From Mayamaea pseudoterrestris (lineage: Eukaryota): a stretch of 64,000 nt of DNA. Below, in pieces: positions 50,296 to 62,762 of the stretch. Made by a program: the position numbers and the translations under genes. Positions within the stretch are counted from its first letter, which is position 1; each line of letters begins with the position of its first letter. The DNA is taken from positions 372,001 to 436,000 of the forward strand of contig BROI01000012.1 of assembly GCA_027923505.1 (NCBI GenBank), written 5' to 3'. Under the pieces are notes generated by a model that was given only the letters and a program-made list of their open reading frames with translations, had not been told where the DNA came from and searched no databases.

Positions 50296-51708
50296 ATGAA
50301 ATTTCCGAGACTCGGCCAAAAGATTCGACTTTATCGTTCCGTGACACTCGCTCATCTTCTATTCTTAGCAATGGCCGAAAGCTTTACTGCGACGCATCAA
50401 GTGGATCGAAACAAGCAGTTGCATAATGTTTCGAGTCGCTCACAATGGTTACTAGCTATGCAGCAAGAGGCTGATGGTGGAGCATTCGATTCGCAGTCAC
50501 AGCAGCAACAGTCACAGTCATCAACCGACGATGCATCATCGGGCTTCACTTTGATCACACCTGCAACTACCTCGAATAGCATGTCACATCCAGTAAATGG
50601 AGACTCAGGATCTGCGCCAGCGTCGCCGTCTGTTCCGCGGACACCCCCGTTGAATCGATTATCGACCTTGAAAGAACTGCTTCGGTTGACGCGACCGACG
50701 AGCACGCCAGGCATTTTGGCGTTCTTCCTCATTGGAACATACTTGGCAGCATATAGCAAAACTAGCACTAGCAAGATGCAATACTGGAATATCTTACTTA
50801 CGACACCGTCTCTCTGGGCGACACTGGCCGCGCTAATATTCGTTTCGGCCGGTAGCATGGTGGTCAATGACCTTGAGGATGTACGACTTGGTCGAGACGC
50901 AACTCTTCAACAAGGATACAACCCCTATCTTGATACGAAACTACTTGTGAATGGATCCTTGTCCATGATCGCGGCTCAAAGGTTTCTTTTTGGCTTGTAT
51001 CTAACGACGGCTGTGACTGCGACATTGGTGCCTGGCCACTGGACACGACTTTCTATATTATCGGGAGTCGTTTTGACGCATCTTTACACGGAATATCTGA
51101 AACCAATTACATGGGTGAAAAATTTGGTATGCGCATTAGTCATTGGCATGGGACCGTTCACCAGCGGACTTGCCATGTGGGAGTTGCTGCAGCAAGGTGG
51201 ACTCTCTGCGGCGAGGCGATCCGTCCATTATACACCGTCCATTTTGAAATTCTTATCGACACACTGGAAGCTGTTGCGCGTTTCTGCCGTTGTATTTTGT
51301 GGTGTTTTCAGTAGAGAAGTGTTGATGGACTGTAATGATGTTTTGTCGGATCGAAGGGCCAATGTACGAACTATTCCAGTCAAACATGGACGAAAGTTTG
51401 CTAGTCGAGTCGCTTTGACCTGGGGAAGTTTCATGGCAGTCTTGGTCATGGCCGGACCTGTCCGTGAAATCGTCAAGGAAATGTCAGCAACGACGCTATC
51501 AAGTAACTGGACAATGCCGACGATGGTGCTGCAAAAGATTGCACCTGCAACGGTTCGACGACTTGCTTTAGCCACCACCACGAGCATTCTATTTCTGCGA
51601 CGGAACTGGCAAGTTGTATTGACAGATGGACGCGACACACAAGCGATTAATACCGCAGTTAATGAGGCACTTTTGACAGTGCTTGTTGGCTTGGCAAGTT
51701 TTGTGTAG
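50296..51708 (+). CDS. UbiA-family prenyltransferase, probably plastid-targeted
   Basis: NDLEDVRLGRD and MDCNDVLSD...RTIPV aspartate-rich motifs, multiple TM helices, signal peptide ending AES|F; start codon uncertain. Confidence 0.88.
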   Translation: MKFPRLGQKIRLYRSVTLAHLLFLAMAESFTATHQVDRNKQLHNVSSRSQWLLAMQQEADGGAFDSQSQQQQSQSSTDDASSGFTLITPATTSNSMSHPVNGDSGSAPASPSVPRTPPLNRLSTLKELLRLTRPTSTPGILAFFLIGTYLAAYSKTSTSKMQYWNILLTTPSLWATLAALIFVSAGSMVVNDLEDVRLGRDATLQQGYNPYLDTKLLVNGSLSMIAAQRFLFGLYLTTAVTATLVPGHWTRLSILSGVVLTHLYTEYLKPITWVKNLVCALVIGMGPFTSGLAMWELLQQGGLSAARRSVHYTPSILKFLSTHWKLLRVSAVVFCGVFSREVLMDCNDVLSDRRANVRTIPVKHGRKFASRVALTWGSFMAVLVMAGPVREIVKEMSATTLSSNWTMPTMVLQKIAPATVRRLALATTTSILFLRRNWQVVLTDGRDTQAINTAVNEALLTVLVGLASFV

Positions 51709-51934
51709 CGACGGTACAAGGCGTGGTTCGGCATTAACACAGCCAATCAGCCAATCATATATTTATCCAAGTAAAATGTCCGTGAATAAAAGCTAAAGAT
51801 GTTATACAGCAGTATCAAAGATAAGGATCAATGATTATATTCACCTGATATACACTTACAATTGCTGATTATATAGCTAGCCGGCTCGGTTTGTACGAAG
51901 CACTCTAACAAAAAGTCAATTTCACAAACGCCAA

Positions 51935-53335
51935 TCACAATACGCAGACTGTGTCAGAAGGATACCCCCGATCCTTTATCAAGTAGTCCTTTGCGCGCTT
52001 GGCAAGTGCCTTTGGGCCCGAAACCACAGCCATCGTGCCAGGTTCGAAATCTGGAACACTCGATGCAATCTCAGCACTCTCGGCCAAGCTTGAAAGCTTG
52101 GAAACATTCTCTACAATGCAAGAGGCAGCCATTTTGTTGCTGTATTTGAAATATTCCTGCTCCAAAAGCTCGGCATTCACGTCAAAGTCATTCGTCGCCT
52201 CGCTCATCCAAACGACAGTGACACTCTGGACGCTGCTATTTGCCGACGGCAAGACTGCTCGCACCTGCTCTAGCACTGGCACAATGCCACTCGTTCCAAA
52301 GCATATATAAACCATATCCGTTACTGGTAGATATTGTCCTCGATAGTCTAACTTCCGCGGACCTGGTCTCATGGCAACTTCGTCGCCCACCTTTATTTCG
52401 TGCGACAAGACGCGAGCAAAGGCTTCTTCGTCGCTCGATCGTGACGCGTCCCTTCGTTTCGAAGAGGACGACGTTGATGCTGGCGCGTTTGGTACTAGTA
52501 GGGAAAACGTTCCCATTGGAGGCGCCGATGTTGCTTGCGGCTGGTAGACGTAGTATTTTCCATTCACAACAGCGTCATTTTCGTCAAGGCAGCAAAGTTC
52601 TAGCGACTGTCCCAAGTCGAGCGACAATATGTCATTTGGTCGCGGTAGCGCAAATTCATACTGCATGTAATTAGTCTTGCCAAGTGGTCGTTTTGCCAAG
52701 AGCGTGCAGACGCCAAAGCCATCATTGTCGTCCTCCGCAAACGTCAGTGGAACGCCTTTCGCAGCAGCTGCCGGTGTCGGTACCACTTCTCGCTCCTGCA
52801 CGAATCGCTGTACACGGCCATTGGCAATTCCAAACATTGTCCGTAGACTATTGGACATTGTTGCTCCAGCTGATGATTTCATGAGAAGCGTCACTAGCAA
52901 AGCTCCGACCAAGGCGACTGCTACAAACTGAATGGTAGATTTGCGCGACACAAGCGAGGACAGCCATCGCATGATTGCGTTTCCACCTACAAATCGACTC
53001 GCTCTTTCGTATGGGACAAGCGTTCCTCCGTCCGTCAATAACGGCTTGTCGAGTGAAACTGCAATGTTGGGAACAGACGACAAAACTGACCGATTGTGAC
53101 GTGTGCGATGAGAACGCTTGCCTGTCAGTGGACTTGAAACATGAAATGCAGAAATTGGAGACACTCCTGCAGTAGCCAGAGTCAAGCAAATCATCGTCGC
53201 AGTTGCTTCTCGTTTCCGTCGTGTCCGTATGCTGCTGCTGCTGCTGCTGCTGCTAATTGACTGCATGCTGTGCTGTGTGCTGTGCTGTGTGTGCACGCGA
53301 TACAGGTCCGTTTCTTCTTTCGTTTCTTTCTTCAA
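51935..53335 (-). CDS. Ferredoxin-reductase-type FAD/NAD(P)H oxidoreductase (cytochrome b5 reductase-like), probably plastid-targeted
   Basis: YEFALP...LDLGQ, VGDEVAMRPGP, FGTSGIVPVL, VSGP; signal peptide ending ISA|F; true ATG probably downstream of 53335. Confidence 0.8.
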   Translation of the reverse strand: MKKETKEETDLYRVHTQHSTQHSMQSISSSSSSSSIRTRRKREATATMICLTLATAGVSPISAFHVSSPLTGKRSHRTRHNRSVLSSVPNIAVSLDKPLLTDGGTLVPYERASRFVGGNAIMRWLSSLVSRKSTIQFVAVALVGALLVTLLMKSSAGATMSNSLRTMFGIANGRVQRFVQEREVVPTPAAAAKGVPLTFAEDDNDGFGVCTLLAKRPLGKTNYMQYEFALPRPNDILSLDLGQSLELCCLDENDAVVNGKYYVYQPQATSAPPMGTFSLLVPNAPASTSSSSKRRDASRSSDEEAFARVLSHEIKVGDEVAMRPGPRKLDYRGQYLPVTDMVYICFGTSGIVPVLEQVRAVLPSANSSVQSVTVVWMSEATNDFDVNAELLEQEYFKYSNKMAASCIVENVSKLSSLAESAEIASSVPDFEPGTMAVVSGPKALAKRAKDYLIKDRGYPSDTVCVL

Positions 53336-56300
53336 TCGATTGCACTAAAAATGTCTCAAATACCTATTATCTCTATCGCTTTGACGTGAGAATAGTGAAG
53401 CCTAAGAGGAAGGGAGGATTAAAAGTTGTCGGATGGCAGTTTGCTTTGGAATTTGGAGCGAAACGCACGGCGAGAAGCGTGACGACGTGTTGGATTGGCT
53501 TCAACGGACAGTCGTGTTGCGACAAAATAATCAGTACCGCTTGTTCTATGCCACGTGTACATGTACACTTTTGCCTACAGTGCCAAGAACTTGGAAAATC
53601 AAAGTTTTTGGCAGTACACTCTGGCCTACAGCTCAAAAATCAAAGTTTTTGGCACTACACTCTTTGCCATAGTGACAGAAACTGTCAAAGCGTCGAGGCG
53701 ACGACCATGGTGCGAGCCTCTTCGGAAAGGCAGATGAGCAGCATCGTTTATGTCAATGTTGCATCGACCTACGGTACTAATGCAAAGTAGCCAACGGCAA
53801 GATGACGAATAACTGTTATGGAACCTCTGCAGTGTCTCCTTGTTTTCAAGGAGCGCCAATTGCGCCGACCGCCAAGCAGCACGTTTTTGACGCTCCTCAC
53901 ACCACCGTGCATACTGCTTCAAGCATAAAGCGGATGCCAAGTCAGCGTACCAATTACCGTGCTCTTTGATTTAAATGAACGAATGTTAAAGCAATTGGAA
54001 GTCTTGTCGTCTACCAAGCACCTCTTCCCTTGCCATTGTTTCTCTTTCTCTCGCACTGATCAGTCGATTGGAAAAGCAACTAAATTCTACGCAGGCCTGT
54101 GCGAGACATTTTGCTACAGTTTCCTCGTGCTGGCAAGCAATCGTTACGCGAGAACCGTAAGAAGCACGGGTGCGCACCGGTAACATCCTGCTCCTGATAA
54201 ACGATCAGCTGTCACATCATCGACAATCACGCCGCAATTAGCTTACTGCTCATTAAGCAAATGCCAGTTGGTCATTGATCATTGAAAATTCTGATGAGCC
54301 TACCGAAGGGCATTGAAAATTGCAACACCAGCAACAGCAATTGCGTGGACTGCAGCGTCGCTGATGTGGTCGTCGTCTCGCTGCAACAATTGGGTATGGC
54401 AAAGGAAAAGGAGGCGCATTCATAATGAGGGAAGCATCCTTGACTATGGCAAAGCAGCGATATTTGCCTCCATGCGTAGCAAGTGGAGCAAGTCCGTCAA
54501 AAGGGGCGCTTTTTTGCATCTGCTACAAGTCCTACGGTCTTGCCGGCATAGTAGCGCCAACAACGCTGCATTGTCGGCATATATACCCCAAGCTGCCACG
54601 ACCCAATGCCGGAAAAATCGGCACACTTGGTGCAAACCAAAGTAGCTTTACGCTTGCTGCAATCGCTACGCTGCAGTAGACTGCCGGCCACGAAAGGCAA
54701 ATCAACAACAAGCGTCGTTGGTTGTGGCTGCGATCAATCATTTGCTAGAACAAGTGGCTCGAAGTTGAACAAGTTAAGCGCGGTAGACCGAGCCGGGCGC
54801 ACCGCCACGCGGATTGTTGGCAGCCATGTCAAAGACCATAAGGTCGCCTTGGTGACTCGAGCATGGAACAAGGCAAAAGGTCTGACAAAGGATCACGAGC
54901 TTGGAGACGAATATCACCTGCAGGAATGCGAGCAAACTTGTTTTGACGGAAGGGAAGTGCGGAACGTTATCGAGGCAACGCAGCTTCTGCGTCATTGGCA
55001 CCTTCATCTGCATCTACTACAATCAGCATCGATACCCGATCTGTGAAGATGCCTGAAGTGCAACTGCCAGCAACTAATTAGAAGGAGCATTGTCCGACAA
55101 ACCTTGCCTCATCAATTTCGCGGAGTATCAGAAGACATTATGATGGCGTCGAAATGGTCCAAGGCTGCGACTACCGGTAGCATTGAGCAACTACTAATCT
55201 ATGCTTTGATTTGTGCGGGGCAATCTATGGGTGATGTGCCCGGTCAATACAGAGCTGCATGCTGTCCATGCGTTTCGCCCATCAGCAGCGGGGCTCTGAG
55301 AGTTGCGGTGGATCCAACGTCTTTGCTGACACAAGAACCCTCTCGATTTCATTGTGGACCATCGCAATCGTTCCATTACGGGATCATTTGTAATCCAGTG
55401 GCTTCTCCGTTGGTAGCAGAGTTGGTCCGATACAGTAGCGATGGCGCCATACCCGGTAACGCTTCATCAGGTGACCGCTAACAACGTAGGCAAGGTTCGG
55501 GAGTTCCCAACACACAGAGTGTAACCAATTTGTCCACACCTTAAAGACTTCCGACGGTAACGACTTACCAGAGGCAGGAAGCTCGGGTAAGCAGTTAAGC
55601 AGTTGTTTGAAGCAAGGGGCTCGATATTGCCTACCAATTGTAAGCGACAATCGATTGTCACGGCCACCTGCTTTCGCAGGACCCGTCGCTATACAATGCG
55701 CCACATATGCGCTGGTCGGATCCGGCGCGTAATTTTTTGGTCACCTTCGGGGGTGTTGCAACCTTCCGTGGATCGAGGGTGGATCAAGGTGTGACGACTC
55801 CGCAAATTTCTGCACCGATGGTCTCATCGACTTAACACATTTAGAGATCCAGCCACTGGGTCCCAAGGTCACTGAAAGGGATATTTTCTCCAGCCCATGA
55901 TTCTTGTCCCAAGTGTACTTATCATGTGCCAATCAGCCCGCAAAGTGCACCGTCCGCCATGCTTCTTTCCATAATTCGGAGTATGAGAAAATTATATCCC
56001 AGGGCATGTTTGAGCAGTCCTCAAGCCATCTCGCCATTGAGTATTCTTCCGTCGGAAGTTTCGTTTTAAGCAACGTCATGCCAAGCAACTGAGTATTTTA
56101 AAGCTTGATGGTCGACACGCTGTTGCCCCGAACTGATGCCGCCGTTGACTATATCAGGGTCACTCTCAGGTGCTTTATATTATAGTCAAACTGCATGTAA
56201 CGCAAGACTTCACAATGTGCCGTCGATAGTTTCGCCCTACACAATGGCATTTCGCAAGGGCGTTCCGACATTTTGTCATCACTGAGTGTTATGCGGTTGA

Positions 56301-58943
56301 CGGGCAGGTCTTCGATGGAAAGAATTGACGTGAAGCGCGATAGTGACCGCCCTATCGCCCGAATTGCCGTCAGCGTCGTCACCACGTTTATCCAGCTTGA
56401 TATCGATCGCAATTTAAAGGCAAACCTTTAGACATTGCCACAAGTGGACCTGCTGATTGAGAAAATACGACGTCAAGTGCCATTCCATCTGGTAGAACCA
56501 ACCACTTCAACGGAGACAAATTCGATTGCCTCAGCATCTTGGCAAGACCAGCAGGCCAACCAGTAATATTGCTCATCAGCGATCTTTTTGTGGCCCATTG
56601 TTTTGCCGCTTCTAGTCCACTTTTTCGGTCACGCCAACTCCAGATATACAAGACCTGACTTTCAAACGGTTACCAAATGACCCTCACTCTCTACTGAATG
56701 TTTATCCCCGCGCCGTCTGATTTTGCAATAAGCACCGATAGACGATACGGCACCGCCATCGTCTCAAAGTAATTACAGCAAATGTCGCACTATCGGCGAA
56801 GAATCCAGTATGAAGTCGGTATCCAAATGCGTCCTATCTACTATCTACCTGAAACAGTTCAATCGTCACTTCGGGCAATAGAAATGTTCGATGCGGCTAC
56901 ACTTTGGCTTTGTCCTTTGAGTCGCAAGTCCCGATCTTGGAAATTTGCTTTTGTCGTCCTCAGCTCCGGTACCTCAACGTTTTTACTAGCCTGGCTCGGA
57001 CGACATGCAGCCTGCGACCATCTTCTTTAAAGGTCGCTGTCGGCAACAATGTCAAGCTCCACCGTCTCTCGCAGCCGAAAGGAAGCGGCGTCTACTTCTC
57101 AACAGCACCCGTCAATGACAGGGACGTGTATCGGCATTTTTGTCTATCAAGTAAACGCGACGACAATACAGACAAAGTTTTCTTCAACAGCACTTGTCAT
57201 GCCCTCAGTTGCAGGCTTCGCCTCATGCTTGACAAAGATGCTATCGGTCTGCAGTTGTGCAAAGACGCCTGCTGCAGATAGCGCTCTGATTGGGCGACCT
57301 CTATCGGACGCCTGGCCCTTCCGCACTTCTCAGCATCGCCGAACCAATCTACAAAGCCATCTTTTGCCGGATGATATGGCAATAACGCCGTGCTTACAGT
57401 CGAAGTTACGTCTCGTCCAGCATGATCATCAAGACAAGATGTCTGATTTTATTATTGACCCTTCGAAATTCGTAGCTGACAGGAGTGCCAGGTGATGGAA
57501 CGACCGAGCCAACAGCTCCATCACCTTCGTGTAATGTTCCCTCTCTGGAACTTTTAGTGCTATGAATCCGACTTTCCTTCCGCGTTGTTGGGTCTTTGCC
57601 GAACTCTCCTGTGCGTGTTCAGGGACAGAAACTTTTATGTCCGTAAGTTTGAGCCAACAAAGGTTCCGGCGACCGACAAATCATTTCCTGTTAGCTGTGC
57701 CATCGCAAGAGCTGTATAACAGGAACACAGTCTTGGTACCAGCTAACTTTAAAAACTGCTCCACCAGCGCTCTATGCGTTTCTTTCTAGAATACCTACAT
57801 CGAATATCGCATGTGGCTCTGTTTGGCCGTCGCTGAAATATTATGCAGAAGATTTGGCCTTGTTTGTGGCAGAAACTCTCCGTCGTCTCGGCTTCCCGAG
57901 ACTCGGAATCCTACTGCGCCAGTCCAGCGGACTATTACTTGCTTTACAACTTCGCCACCCGAGCTGCCTTATATAGCGCCGACGACGCGGCCTTTCACCT
58001 ACGGATGCTCTTGTCTGTTGCAGCCCAACCGCGAATCCTTTCAGGTGGCCGAGCCTTCGCCAACACCCATAAGTCTGTATGTATCCCATCCGTCGAAGGT
58101 CCCCGACGAAGTTGTTACTACGTTCTCGACAAGTCATCTACGCGAAAAGCCAGCCAGCGACGGCACAGCTGTCAATGCTAAATGTGGAACTTGTATCTCT
58201 TTTTGCCAAATGAAGAACCGTTTTGTTGGACACTAAATGCACAACAACCGATGGGTTCTACGCTGGCAAACAACAAAATACGTTTAATAGTTTACTGAGC
58301 AACATGAATACCTTGGAGATCCGGTGCTGTAAATTTGCGGGAAGGACACATGTGATGCGCCAACGGCAAGAATGAAGGCTTTGCCACACCGGTACATACT
58401 TCCTGAACAATACTTTGATGCATGGCAACATTATGTGTAGCAATATGAATGCGACTTGATTCCTCTTTGTTCTGCTGACCCTAGCGCGACTTAGCAATTG
58501 CGTTGCGTCGATGGACCTCCGTATTAGGTGTGTCGACGGCCCAGATTGGTGCAATCCTGACCTAACTCAGGAGCTGTCAAGCCTGTACTGGTGATCGTAT
58601 AAATGTACTGGTATTATGTCATTGCAGTACGTATCGTCCATCACCGGCCATCACCAGCCTTTCGTACGGAATCCCTTTGAATTCGTGCAAATGCGTCGGT
58701 AGGTTCCTCCCACTTGGGTTATCGTTTTCCTCCTACGCTCTCAACCATTTGCGCCTGCAGCTGGGGAAGCACGCCATGCACCGTCACATACACAGGCGAG
58801 ACGCTGCTTGGCAGGCCCATAGTTTTTAGGCTGCACCGAAAGATCGTTTTGTTAGCAAACCGGTACCGGTACGATTCACGCTACGATTTCATTAACGTTG
58901 CGACACCCGGCTGACGGATCGAAGACGATCGAGATGAGTCACC

Positions 58944-61202
58944 ATGAAGATTTCGGTCGTCCATTTACGCGAAATCTTGACTCTCATTCCCTTTAAAATG
59001 TTGAGCCAACGACTCAAGCTTAATAAAAGAAGACTATGTTACTTGCTGCTTCTTTTGTGCAATAAATCCGGAGCATTCGCGCCATTTACCAATCGACATT
59101 CATTGGCGATTTTGACGTCGAAACATAATTGGCCGACAAATCTTCTTGTACTCAGCACTAGTAAGAAAGACAACGACCAGGACAGAATAGACGATGAAAA
59201 GGAAAGTGAAGACTTGCAGCTTGATAACTGGATAAAAAATATTGGACAGCAGTGGCCTTTGCGACCTGAGCCTTCGACAAAAGCGCAGCAGCCATCAGCG
59301 CCCGATGAATCAGAGAATCCACTCGCGGCCCTTCTGAACCTTGAAGCTCTACTTAGCTTGACGAGACTCCAGCCAGAGTCGAAGAAAAGCATTGATAATC
59401 TCATTGACGGAATATATTCCGCTTTGAAGGACTCGTCTCCGCAAATCTCGCAATGGAATCAATGGATCCGTTTTGGAAACGAAAATGAGGCGAGCGCCGA
59501 CAAGACGAAAGAATTGCCGCCGCAAGGAGACGCAACAATCATCACTCCTGCAGCTGCAGTAAAACCTTTGCCGTCATCGGCTGCAAATGCGACGACAGCT
59601 ACAGGTTCTCCAACCGACAATGCTCGTTTCCTCAAGCAAGCAACTGTGCAGCTCGAGTCACTTCTTTCGGACGCATCGGCACTAGTTAGTCCAGCCAATA
59701 TCCAGGGACTTATTGCGCAAGCTAGCAATTTCGTTGCCATGGGTAGTAATGCTACAGTCACCGGAGTATCCGACCTGGCCAAAATGACCAAGCAGGAGCT
59801 CAGGGACGCCACCAATTTGGCGGCAAGTATTGTCAGTGTCGCTGATGCATTGAGACTTGGGCCAAACGATGCATTCAGCAGCAAAACGAATGATCAATCA
59901 GTGCCAATTGGAGCGTCAGCCAACACTACCAGGCGCGCTTCGTCTTCGCGCGCACATGCCCTCTTTGACGATTTTGAATCGGCGACGGAGCTGCCTGCTT
60001 ATTCCCCGACTATTGCCAAGGCGGCTGAGTTGGGAGCGCTGGCCGGCGTCATTTATGAAAATGGCGTCGAAATGGTTCATAGTCTAAACCATTCCATTGT
60101 TGCTAAAGGATTGACGGAGCATGTTCGATGGATGGTGACAGACTCGGTGATGACAATGGATGCGTTTCGAGAGAATAGCCAAAAAATGATTAACGAAAAT
60201 GTATTTGTAAGAACCATTACGATTCGCGGATTTGATGCGTCGGACAATGAAGTTGATCGTGAACTACTATTGAATAACATTTGCTCTGCGGCGCCGGAAT
60301 CCATCAAGGAGCTAAAGGAGGTTGTGTTTCATTCTGGTCTATTGAACATTGCCAGATGTATTTACGATGATGTCAAGCAGTATGTCGAGTGGACCGCACC
60401 GAATCACAAGCTGGTACTGAACGGGCACAGCATTGGTGGATCCGTGGCAGTGCTGCTTTTGATCATCATGGCCGTGGATCGAGGTCTTGATTTTGTCTCG
60501 GACAAGGTGTTGCGCGTCTACACATTTGGTAGTCCGCCTGTCATGGCGCTGTCACTTTCGAAGAGTGGCAAAGCTGGTCCGAAACGGTCAATGACAACTA
60601 GCAATGAGCATGCATGCGACGTTCTTGACTCGATTGGCCTTCCGAGTACCATAATTTATGGTTTCATCCAGCCTTGGGATCCAGTCGTTCGTCTCTTCAC
60701 CTCAATTGATGCGCTCTATCCGCTGATAGGTGACTTGGGCGACGATGGAGTAACTCCTTACGCAACTGGACCACCTCGTTCACTGCGGCCGATTACAAAG
60801 AGAATCATTGAAGGCTGGGAAGGCTGGCCAAAGTTCCGAGAAGCCTATCGAGCGACGGGAGCGCAGCAGTACCGAAGCGCCGGCGTGCAGCACATTCTCT
60901 TGGCTGAGCCCGTCCGCTATGTTGCCGACCGTTTCATTCCACTGAACATTGCCGTGCCTCCGATTGAAGCTTTTCTTAGAATATCATCGTCGGAGTTGCT
61001 GCCGGCTCTCAAAGCAGTTTATCCCTTGGACGTATTTGAGATATCATTCGTGCCCCAAGCCATCCGCAGTTTTGTTCATCACTTTTATCCAGCATATGGC
61101 TCGCCCATGATGGAATACTCTACTCGATTAAAAGTCATACAAAGAACAAACAAGTCCAATAAAGCCGATGCTGCCCAAGTTGAGTCAGTCTCGGCGACAT
61201 GA
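58944..61202 (+). CDS. Class 3 lipase, probably plastid-targeted
   Basis: ITIRGF, FHSGLL, GHSIGG, YTFGSP, DPVVR; SGA|FAP motif after a hydrophobic stretch. Confidence 0.92.
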   Translation: MKISVVHLREILTLIPFKMLSQRLKLNKRRLCYLLLLLCNKSGAFAPFTNRHSLAILTSKHNWPTNLLVLSTSKKDNDQDRIDDEKESEDLQLDNWIKNIGQQWPLRPEPSTKAQQPSAPDESENPLAALLNLEALLSLTRLQPESKKSIDNLIDGIYSALKDSSPQISQWNQWIRFGNENEASADKTKELPPQGDATIITPAAAVKPLPSSAANATTATGSPTDNARFLKQATVQLESLLSDASALVSPANIQGLIAQASNFVAMGSNATVTGVSDLAKMTKQELRDATNLAASIVSVADALRLGPNDAFSSKTNDQSVPIGASANTTRRASSSRAHALFDDFESATELPAYSPTIAKAAELGALAGVIYENGVEMVHSLNHSIVAKGLTEHVRWMVTDSVMTMDAFRENSQKMINENVFVRTITIRGFDASDNEVDRELLLNNICSAAPESIKELKEVVFHSGLLNIARCIYDDVKQYVEWTAPNHKLVLNGHSIGGSVAVLLLIIMAVDRGLDFVSDKVLRVYTFGSPPVMALSLSKSGKAGPKRSMTTSNEHACDVLDSIGLPSTIIYGFIQPWDPVVRLFTSIDALYPLIGDLGDDGVTPYATGPPRSLRPITKRIIEGWEGWPKFREAYRATGAQQYRSAGVQHILLAEPVRYVADRFIPLNIAVPPIEAFLRISSSELLPALKAVYPLDVFEISFVPQAIRSFVHHFYPAYGSPMMEYSTRLKVIQRTNKSNKADAAQVESVSAT

Positions 61203-61550
61203 GCGGCACAGCGAAGCTGAGCGGACAGGATTCCGCCTCGGGCGATACGGCTGCGAATCCTTACTCATGCTCCATTGACTGGCTGAATTGTCATACCGAC
61301 GGCACCATTTTTAATTCATCATGACGAAAACGTTTGTTCTGCATTCTAAAGTGCTTTGAAATCAAGCCATGGGCGACAAAGTTGCCAGCTCTTGCCGCCC
61401 GGTTAATTCAGCAGTAGCATCAGCAGAGGCGCTCATTTGCGGTTGTACTTTTTAGCCAGAGTACGGGATTGTATCGGTCGGCACACTCTCGGGTATGCAT
61501 ACTCATCGCCATCCAATCCTGTTAAACGCATTGCAATATGTATGTGCGGG

Positions 61551-61700
61551 CCTCATTTTGGCTATGTGCGTCGCTTGAACGCTTGGGGTAACATTCCGAT
61601 CAGCGAAACGACTCGGGTGCAGCTTCCTCATTTCGGCTATGTGCGTCGCTTGGGCGCTTGGAGTAACATTCCGATCAGCGAAACGACTCGGTTGCAGCTT
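61551..61700. repeat. 75-bp tandem duplication in a fragmentary coding-like region
   Basis: cctcattt(t/c)ggctatgtgcgtcgcttg... occurs twice. Confidence 0.85.
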
Positions 61701-62762
61701 CAGTATGTTGTTTCCACGCTGGAGATGTTGAGTGCGGCATCGTATACTTGACAATACAACAATGGAAATGATGCAACTTTATCAGAGAGCTACCTCTTCC
61801 TGCGACATCATTCGAGAATGTTGTGTTGATACCACTTCTCCAAGCTGGTTTAAGACATTGCAGAAATGAGACGCCATTCGACGCAACAACAAGCTGTCGT
61901 TCAGTCGTCACTAACATTGCAAATAGCGGCTTCCAAAATTTGCGATTTGTTTCCGCCAACACCGCGGATTTGAAATTACATAATCTGTGCCGAAACCTTG
62001 CGTCTACTAGGAGTCGGCCTTTGACCTTGTGGTGCAGCTTTCAGTTGAAAACAGATGAAATTTCATACGAACGGTGCGATCGTTTTTGTCGCTCCAAATT
62101 GGACAAATTTATATGCATTAAAATTCAATATCACAATGGCGCAACTCTTGGGCGAGCTAGGGCTACTGGCCGCCAATGAATGGCTGGACAACGTCGTATA
62201 CAATGAGTCGGGCAGATTGCTCTGCGCAGTCAGCTTTGGTTCCACTGATGTATATTATATTCACGCGCTTAGAACAACAGACCTACCATTTAGCTTTTCC
62301 GACACGTTCGAACGGACGAGGCTGCTCAATGGATCACACGCTCGTAATCCAAAAATGCTTAAAGAACAATCCTTCAACATTTTTACCGGTAGTCGCCTGG
62401 TATCGATGCATTTTAAAGGAGCCGTAGCGACAGGGGCATTGCATTGCACTGCGTCAATGTCCAAAAACCCCATTGTTTGGAGTGGAAGAACCACAGACAT
62501 CGGAAGTTGTGTTCATCCTTTTGTGCTACGTATTGCAAGCGTGGTCAAAAATGCATGAACGAAAAGGCTGACCGACTTGTTGCTCGGCACCCGATTGGCC
62601 CACCTGCCCTTCCATGATACGCTAGGACTACCGGTTGTGCTAACTAGTAGAGCCTACAAGTTACTCTTACACTCATTTTTGATTATTTTTGATGCATCGT
62701 GTGCTATTTTAATTATTCACTTTTGTATATTTGTCATCGATTCGGGCGAGACATTAATTATT

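Noticed and set aside
53565..53670. 41-bp short tandem (aaaatcaaagtttttggca.tacactct twice) as a regulatory array
   Set aside because: Only two clear copies and no further support for function
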